Source: Eledone cirrhosa (taxonomy: Eukaryota). Taken from it: a stretch of 64,000 bases of DNA. Below, piece by piece: positions 56,325 to 64,000 of the stretch; positions within the stretch are counted from its first letter, which is position 1; every line of letters starts with the position of its first letter. The notes below the pieces were generated by a model, which saw only the letters and a list, made by a program, of their open reading frames with translations, was not told the origin of the DNA and ran no database searches. Location of the stretch: positions 22,630,001-22,694,000 of the forward strand of contig OZ024749.1 of NCBI GenBank assembly GCA_964016885.1. The letters are read 5' to 3'. A program made the position numbers and the translations under genes.

Positions 56325-57527
56325 AGAGAATTAGTATATCTACCAACATATGTATACAGATGTAACCCATGCTAGCAAATATATATGTTATGTCTTAGTA
56401 CCTTTGTGGTTCTATGCAGGGGGATGCAGAACAATTATATGAAAGACGTAAAATAAGAAAATTTTAAAAATTAACTTACTTACTAAAATTTTCACTCCAA
56501 CTAATTAGTTTCTGTAAGGGAATAAATATAGTTACGCAACGCAACTAAAGAGAAGTCCTTATGTCATCAGGGAGTCTATTCACAGCTAGGTTCCCAGGCA
56601 ATGCGCGGACACTAGGAACCCATATAAAATAATAATTCAGTGGATGGAACAAAGCTAGCGGAGACTAAATTCCAGGACACTGAAAAAATTGACTGCCTAC
56701 TTGGTCAGTGGCAAATTCTAAAGAATCAATCACGTGACACTGAGGTTAATCAGTGAGGAGTGGGGTGGTATTATGACAAGAGCCTAACTACTACCATGAA
56801 CCATAGCAGTAAATTTCGGCTAGTTTTGCTCAACAAATAATTTGGAGATAAATATAGAGAATTAGTATATCTACCAACATATGTATACAGATGTATACCC
56901 ATGCTAGAAAATATATATGTTATGTCTTAGTACCTTTGTGGTCCTATGCAGGGGGATGCAGAACAATTATATGAAAGACGTAAAATAAGAAAATTTTAAA
57001 AATTAACTTACTAAAATTTTAGGGAATAAATATAGTTACGCAACGCAACTAAAGAGAAGTCCTTACGTCATCAGGGAGTCTATTCTCAGCTAGGTTCCCA
57101 GGCAATGCGCGGACACTAGGAACCCATATAAAAATAATAATTCAGTGGATGGAACAAAGCTAGCGGGGACTAAATTCCAGGGCACCAAGTAGGCAGTGAA
57201 TTTTTTCAGTGCCCTGGAATTTAGTCCCCGCTAGCTTTATTCCATCCACTGAATTATTATTTTTATATGGGTTCCTAGTGTCCGCGCATTGCCTGGGAAC
57301 TTAGTTGAGAATAGACTCCCTGCTGACGTAAGGACTTCTCTATAGTTGCATTGCGTAACTATATTTATTCCCTTACAGAAACTAATTAGTAGGAGTGAAA
57401 ATTTTAGTAAGTAAGTTAATTTTTAATTTTTGAAATTTTCTTATTTTACGTCTTTACATCTGTATACATATGTTGGTAGATATACTAATTCTCTATATTT
57501 ATCTCCAAATTATTTGTTGACCAAAAC
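56325..57527. mobile_element. Retrozyme-like element: 531-bp monomer x ~1.6 (minus) plus inverted arm 57185-57527
   Basis: agagaattagtatatctacc at 56325 and 56856, with the fold-back at ~57185. Confidence 0.85.
56494..56575 (-). ncRNA. Type I hammerhead with long stem II (copy 57315-57396 plus has CTGCTGA)
   Basis: actcc-CTGATGA-cataagg...ccttaca-GAAA-ctaattag-TT-ggagt, with palindromic loop III. Confidence 0.85.
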
Positions 57528-57621
57528 TTATAATGCCGATGTTGTTAGACTATTTTGAGTGTGTACTGCCTCTGCAGTAGAGCCCCCCCCCCCCCGCAGA
57601 TGACTACAGAAGTCAAAGGAC

Positions 57622-57656
<35 letters not shown>

Positions 57657-57761
57657 TAAATGAATAGTTATGTATAGACACGGTAATATGTAAACACAGT
57701 TAATAATTCTTCTATACACTACAAACCAGTATTGAATGGGTTTATTTCCTCCATGAACGTA

Positions 57762-58320
<559 letters not shown>

Positions 58321-58322
58321 TC

Positions 58323-58390
<68 letters not shown>

Positions 58391-58415
58391 GATTTATATA
58401 CATATAGACATATCT

Positions 58416-58459
<44 letters not shown>

Positions 58460-58550
58460 GTTAAAACCCGTTTCCTGCTATATCAAGCGTTAACCTAATA
58501 TATCCCTTCCATATACTCTACCGATTCTGTTGTTATTTCTGTTTACCTTT

Positions 58551-58612
<62 letters not shown>

Positions 58613-58937
58613 CGCGTATCATTAAGAAAAAACAAATATGAAACTATTTTTCAGTACCAAACTGTAAGCAAAGCTTCTTCTTATTTATGTTTGAAATTTG
58701 TGTTTGAATCTTTCAATTTTTTATAAATCCTGATAATTTAATCTCCAGTTTACCTGTCTGGCTGCTTTTTCTGTATTTCCAAATATTTTCTGTATTTCTA
58801 TAAACAAAGAGAACATATTTACATTGTTTTCAGGTACATATACATTAGATATATATGTATGTATGTGTGTATGTATGTATGTATGTATGTATGTATGTAT
58901 GTATGTATGTATGTATGTATGTATGTATGTATGTATG

Positions 58938-59590
58938 TTCTTCTGGTTATATAATTTCACAATGTTTTACCAATAGAGAGAGACTCGGTTTCTAACATAG
59001 ACACAAAACTCTCTCATTGGAATTTACACAAGATCAACTAGGTAGATATGTATGTATGCATGCATGTGTAGATATGGATGTTATTGTATGTGTGGATGTG
59101 GATGTTTTGAATTGTATGTGTGCATGTGTATATGATTTGTTTCTGTACATGTGTATATGCAGTTATTAGATGCAACATTTTTGGAATGGTTTACATATTT
59201 TTACTGTTCCATTAATGGATTGTACTTGTAGTTTCCTAACTAGTTGTGTTCTTTCTGTTCCTGTGAAACCTAGCTTCTCAAGATTTGTATTGAGGCAGTT
59301 ACTAACATACCCCAGTGCCCCAATAATCACAGGCATAAATCTGAAGGTGTAATCAGGGTGGAGTATCTGCAGATTTCTCATCAGTTCTGCATAAATATTC
59401 TCCTTTTCACTAATCTTTGATATTATATTGGCATCTGTTCGGCAGCTAATTTCCACTACTGTGCATGTTTTCTTCTCCCTGTCCCATATCATAATATCTG
59501 GTCTGTTATGCCTGCAATTTATTGGGGTTTTTACTGGAACATTCCACCAGTACTCTTTCATATTATGTACATGGATGTCTTTCACATTGT
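58938..59590 (-). mobile_element. R4/Dong-like RLE LINE, short 5'-truncated copy (subfamily 2)
   Basis: HNRPDIMIWD...VVEISC...KENIY restriction-like endonuclease, its own 3' UTR, (TACA)n on both sides. Confidence 0.85.
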
Positions 59591-59604
59591 GTATGTATGT
59601 ATGT

Positions 59605-62052
59605 TATTTTCTCTTTCTCTTAATTTCGAGTATATTTTTTTTGACCGGCCACCTTCCTGGTGGCAAGGTTGTAAAAGAAAAGAAATTGTCATCCCTTGAA
59701 TCGCAAGAATGTTTTGCAAATTTTGAAGGTGCCAGCTATCGCAGCCATCTGCAGACTATGAATTAGGGAGCTGCGCTTTTTGTCCGCAAATCCAAGTTCA
59801 GTCATACTTTGGTCCAAGCGGGTTGGTATATAACCCGTAGCACCAATAATGATGGGTATGAAGCTAAAGGTATATCTTGGATACTGGATTTGTAAACTCC
59901 TCATCAATGGTCCGTAGATGTCCTCCTTCTCCTGTATTTTTCTGACAACGTTTACATCAAGTGGGAAGCTGATCTCCACAACAGAACACGTTTTCAATGT
60001 GTGGTCCCAAACTACAATATCAGACCGGTTGTGCTTTAATTTGGTGGCAGTTTTTATTTTCAGGTTCCACCAGTATTCCTTAGTGCCATCTGTCTCAATA
60101 TATTCTTCCTCGTTTGTTGTTAATTTTGTTTTCCGAAGTGCGTTCCAGATGGTTCTAGCTATCCCATCGTGTCTCATGGGGAGGTAGTAGCGAGATGACA
60201 TTCTTTCGCAGCTGGCAACAATGTGGCTTACATCCTCGATCTTTGTTTTACATAGCCTACATTTATTGTCAGCTGCTGGCCCTCCTCTTTTGTGCAGCAG
60301 ATATTTGGTAGGGAGTTCTTGTTCCTGTATTGCATAGAGATATCCCTCAAGGTGTGATGTCATAAACTTGTCGGAACTCCATGCCAGACTTTTTGAGTGG
60401 TTTATCCCCTCTATGGTCTGTGTTTTACGCCTCAAGTATCCATGCACAACTTTTTCTGTAAATTGGTCAATTTTCTTATCTTGTTTGAACATTGAATAGG
60501 ATCTTCCGATTTCTCTGGGTGAGAGATTTATATCAGGCTTTATTCCATATCTCTCCTCCAGATCAGTCGCTATTCTAATGATATTTCTTTTTTCATGCTC
60601 ATAAACCTGGGCAATATGGTTGCCAACCATTTTCCTCTGTTGAAGGTGTTGCTTCAGTGTTACTATCCGGGTCTCATATGTTGTTAATATTGATTTTAGA
60701 CCCCGGCCACCTTCCTTGCGTGAGAAGTATAGCCTATCCACATCACCATTGATGTTAAAGTTGCCAGTAACACTGAGAAGTTTTCGAGTTCTAACATCCA
60801 TCTCACTTAGTTCTTGCAATGACCAGTTCAGTAGGCCAAATGCTGGCGTTAGAATTGGCACAGCATAAGTATTGTGGGCAATGTATTTGTTGTATGCTGA
60901 CAGTTCTGATGACCATATTTTCTTTACACTTCTGAGGTATTCAGTTCTGGTTCTCTCCTTATTTATGGGTCCATCATATCTGACATTCTCATCCTGTCCA
61001 AGATATCTGTAGTTGTCACCTGACTGCAGAGGTTGTATTGTCAGGCGTTCATCTCTAGATTTCTAGAGGAGGGCACAGCTCTTCCACGTTTTACTGCCAA
61101 ATATGCACACTTGGACTCACCAAATTTCATTTTGATGTCGGTTGAAAATTGTGAAATAAGGTCCAATTGTTTCTTGATGTCATTGATATTTGGCCCATAC
61201 AACTTCAGGTCATCAACAAAGAAAAGATGGGAGATACTTCTGGGCCCACTTCTTTGTCCACCTTGTTTCCTGAGTATTTAGAAAGTGGATTCAGTGAGAG
61301 AACGAAGAGTAGCACCGACAAGCTATCACCCTGAACGATGCCCTTCTGGTAATGTATCTTATCAGTCTTAACCTGCTCCCTCTCACCTCTAAGGATCAAA
61401 TTGGTGTACCAGTTCTTGGTCAGGCGTTCAACAGCAGCTACCAATGTTTGTGCGACATTAGCTAACTGTAAAGCCTTAATAATCCACCCATGAGGTACAC
61501 TATGAAATGCTTTTTGATAGTCGAGCCACACGACAGTCATGTTTCTGCGATTCTTTGTTGTTTTTTTCCTGAATCATTTTGTTAGTTAGTAGGTGATATA
61601 TGCAACCCCACACCTCCCTCTTTCCACCAGCTTGCTCAGGTGTTATGATATTGTTGGTAGCACAGTGGTCCTGTAAGAACAGGTTAAGGCACCCAGTATA
61701 TAATTTATACATGATGTTTTGGCAGGCAATTGGGCGGTAATTTTTAGCAAGGGTTGTTTGGCTATTTTGGGGAATGAGGAGAGTAGTGGCAGTTGATAAC
61801 CATCTGGGCAGTTCTTGTGTGCCCTTAATGGTTTCTGTAAACAGCCGTATGAGATCTTGCCGATAGAAAATGAAATTCTTCAACCAGTATCCTGTAATGA
61901 GGTCTGGGCCTGGTGATTTCCTATTCGATATTTTCTGTAGAGCTGTTTCCAGTATTGACTCATCTATGTCATATTGTTTTGTCTGGACATGTTGGTAGTA
62001 GTCCTGTTCCAGTTCTTTTAGCCAATTAGCTTGTCTGTTGAATCCGTCATCC
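59605..62052 (-). mobile_element. R4/Dong-like RLE LINE, 5'-truncated, frameshifted RT + CCHC + RLE
   Basis: NYRPIAC, DYQKAFHSVPH, QGDSLS, HLFFVDDLKLY, CRLC..E...HIVASC and RHD motifs. The catalytic PD reads SD. Confidence 0.92.
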
Positions 62053-62085
62053 GTATGTATGTATGTATGTATGTATGTATGTATG

Positions 62086-63424
62086 TTTTCTCTTTCTCTT
62101 AATTTCGAGTATATTTTTTTGACCGGCCACCTTCCTGGTGGCAAGGTTGTAAAAGAAAAGAAATTGTCATCCCTTGAATCGCAAGAATGTTTTGCATATT
62201 TTGAAGGTGCCAGCTATCGCAGCCATTTGTAGACTATGAATTAGGGAGCTGCGCTTTTTGTCCGCAAATCCAAGTTCGGTCATACTTTGGTCCAAGCGGG
62301 TTGGTATATAACCCGTAGCACCAATAATGATGGGTATGAAGCTAAAGGTGTATCTTGGATACTGGATTTGTAAGCTCCTCATCAATGGTCCGTAGATGTC
62401 CTCCTTCTCCTGTATTTTTCTGACAACGTTTACATCAAGTGGGCAGCTGATCTCCACAACAGAACACGTTTTCAATGTGTGGTCCCAAACTACAATATCA
62501 GGCCGGTTGTGCTTTAATTTGGTGGCAGTTTTTATTTTCAGGTTCCACCAGTATTCCTTAGTGCCATCTGTCTCAATATATTCTTCCTCGTTTGTTGTTA
62601 ATTTTGTTTTCCGAAGTGCGTTCCAGATAGTTCTAGCTATCCCATCGTGTCTCATGGGGAGGTAGTAGCGAGATGACATTCTTTCGCAGCTGGCAACAAT
62701 GTGGCCTACATCCTCGATCTTTGTTTTACATAGCCTACATTTATTGTCAGCTGCTGGCCCTCCTCTTTTGTGCAGCAGATATTTGGTAGGGAGTTCTTGT
62801 TCCTGTATTGCATAGAGATATCCCTCAAGGTGTGATGTCATAAACATGTCGGAACTCCATGCCAGGCTTTTTGAGTGGTTTATCCCCTCTATGGTCTGTG
62901 TTTTACGCCTCAAGTATCCATGCACAACTTTCTCTGTAAATTGGTCAATTTTTTTTTCTTGTTTAAACATTGAATAGGATCTTCCGATTTCTCTGGGTGA
63001 GAGATTTATATCAGGCTTTATTCCATATCTCTCCTCCAGATCAGTCGCTATTCTAATGATATTTCTTTTTTCATGCACATAAACCTGAGCAAGATGGTCG
63101 CCAACCATTTTCCTCTGTTGAAGGTGTTGCTTCAGTGTTACTATCCGGGTCTCATATGTTGTTAATATTGATTTTAGACCCCGGCCACCTTCCTTGCGTG
63201 AGAAGTATAGCCTATCCACATCACCATTGATGTTAAAGTTCCCAGTAACACTGAGAAGTTTTCGAGTTCTAACATCCATCTCACTTAGTTCTTGCAATGA
63301 CCAGTTCAGTAGGCCAAATGTTGGCGTTAGAATTGGCACAGCATAGGTATTGTGGGCAATGTATTTGTTGTATGCTGACAGTTCTGATGACCATATTTTT
63401 TTTACTCTTACATCAAGTGGGCAG
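62086..63424 (-). mobile_element. R4/Dong-like RLE LINE, 5'-truncated near-identical copy with open frame 62167-63409
   Basis: Almost identical to 59605-60930 with intact NRPD..EISC, flanked by (TACA)n. Confidence 0.92.
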
Positions 63425-63512
63425 TATGTATGTATGTATGTATGTATGTATGTATGTATGTATGTATGTATGTATGTATGTATGTATGTATGTATGTATG
63501 TATGTATGTGAT

Positions 63513-63852
63513 ATAACACCTGCAACCCGGATGGTATCCAATGATGTTCTTTTTGGTAAATATCATCTTGGTTAAGAGAGTGGGACTGGCTTTGTGCAGT
63601 GCCTTTGCTCACTATAAAAGCTTCACGGCACAGGCATTGCTTTATATCTGGAGATCTCTCTGCACTTGTCGTCACATGGTACCATGGGCCCAACACTATG
63701 TGTCAATGATTGTCACTGGTGTAGTGTTTGTACCAGAGTTTTCAAGTCGCTGGCTGGACTAAAAAGTCACACTCGTTCAACGCATCGGTAGGGGTTCTCC
63801 TACACGGATATAAAGTAGTGGCCGTACTCGAAAACGAGTTGGCAGCTACCAT
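63513..63852 (+). mobile_element. RTE-like LINE 3' end with C-terminal C2H2 finger
   Basis: [22 protein letters not shown] (ending ~63791), a short 3' UTR with hairpin actcg-aaaa-cgagt, and a (TGTA)n tail. Confidence 0.65.
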
Positions 63853-64000
63853 GTATGTATATATATATGTATATATATATGTATATATGTGTATGTAGGT
63901 ATATGTGTATATATGTATATATATGTATGTATGTATGTATATGTATGTACATATATGTATGTATATATATGTATATGTATGTATATATATATATATATGT

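Noticed and set aside
58721-58850. Short non-repetitive ORF segment
   Set aside because: No recognisable motif or splice support.
62167-63696. 509-aa ORF as a single protein
   Set aside because: It is a chimera of antisense RTE sequence, (TACA)n and a truncated RLE LINE.

Overview
Very AT-rich, microsatellite-saturated animal genomic DNA. It is probably an octopod cephalopod, inferred from the tRNA-derived SINE families and the (TA)n density; this is not proven. I found no host protein-coding exon I can support, and nearly all ORF-track entries are translations of microsatellites. The real coding remnants are all transposon-derived: four Penelope-like (PLE) RT/GIY-YIG copies, a tandem stack of three R4/Dong-like RLE LINEs sitting in (TACA)n, L1/Tx1 and RTE 3' ends, a Tc1/mariner fragment and a non-autonomous Helitron. 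A hAT MITE and many SINEs are also present. The main hidden signal is that many short 'unique' islands between (TA)n tracts are hammerhead-ribozyme (CUGANGA...GAAA...UH) elements from a dozen or more unrelated sequence families. They include PLE pseudo-LTR fold-backs with a fixed boundary and tail. They also include ORF-less head-to-tail 315-613 bp monomers that resemble retrozymes (candidate circular RNAs), and hammerheads with unusually long stem II inserts. All structures were paired by eye and none has been tested.
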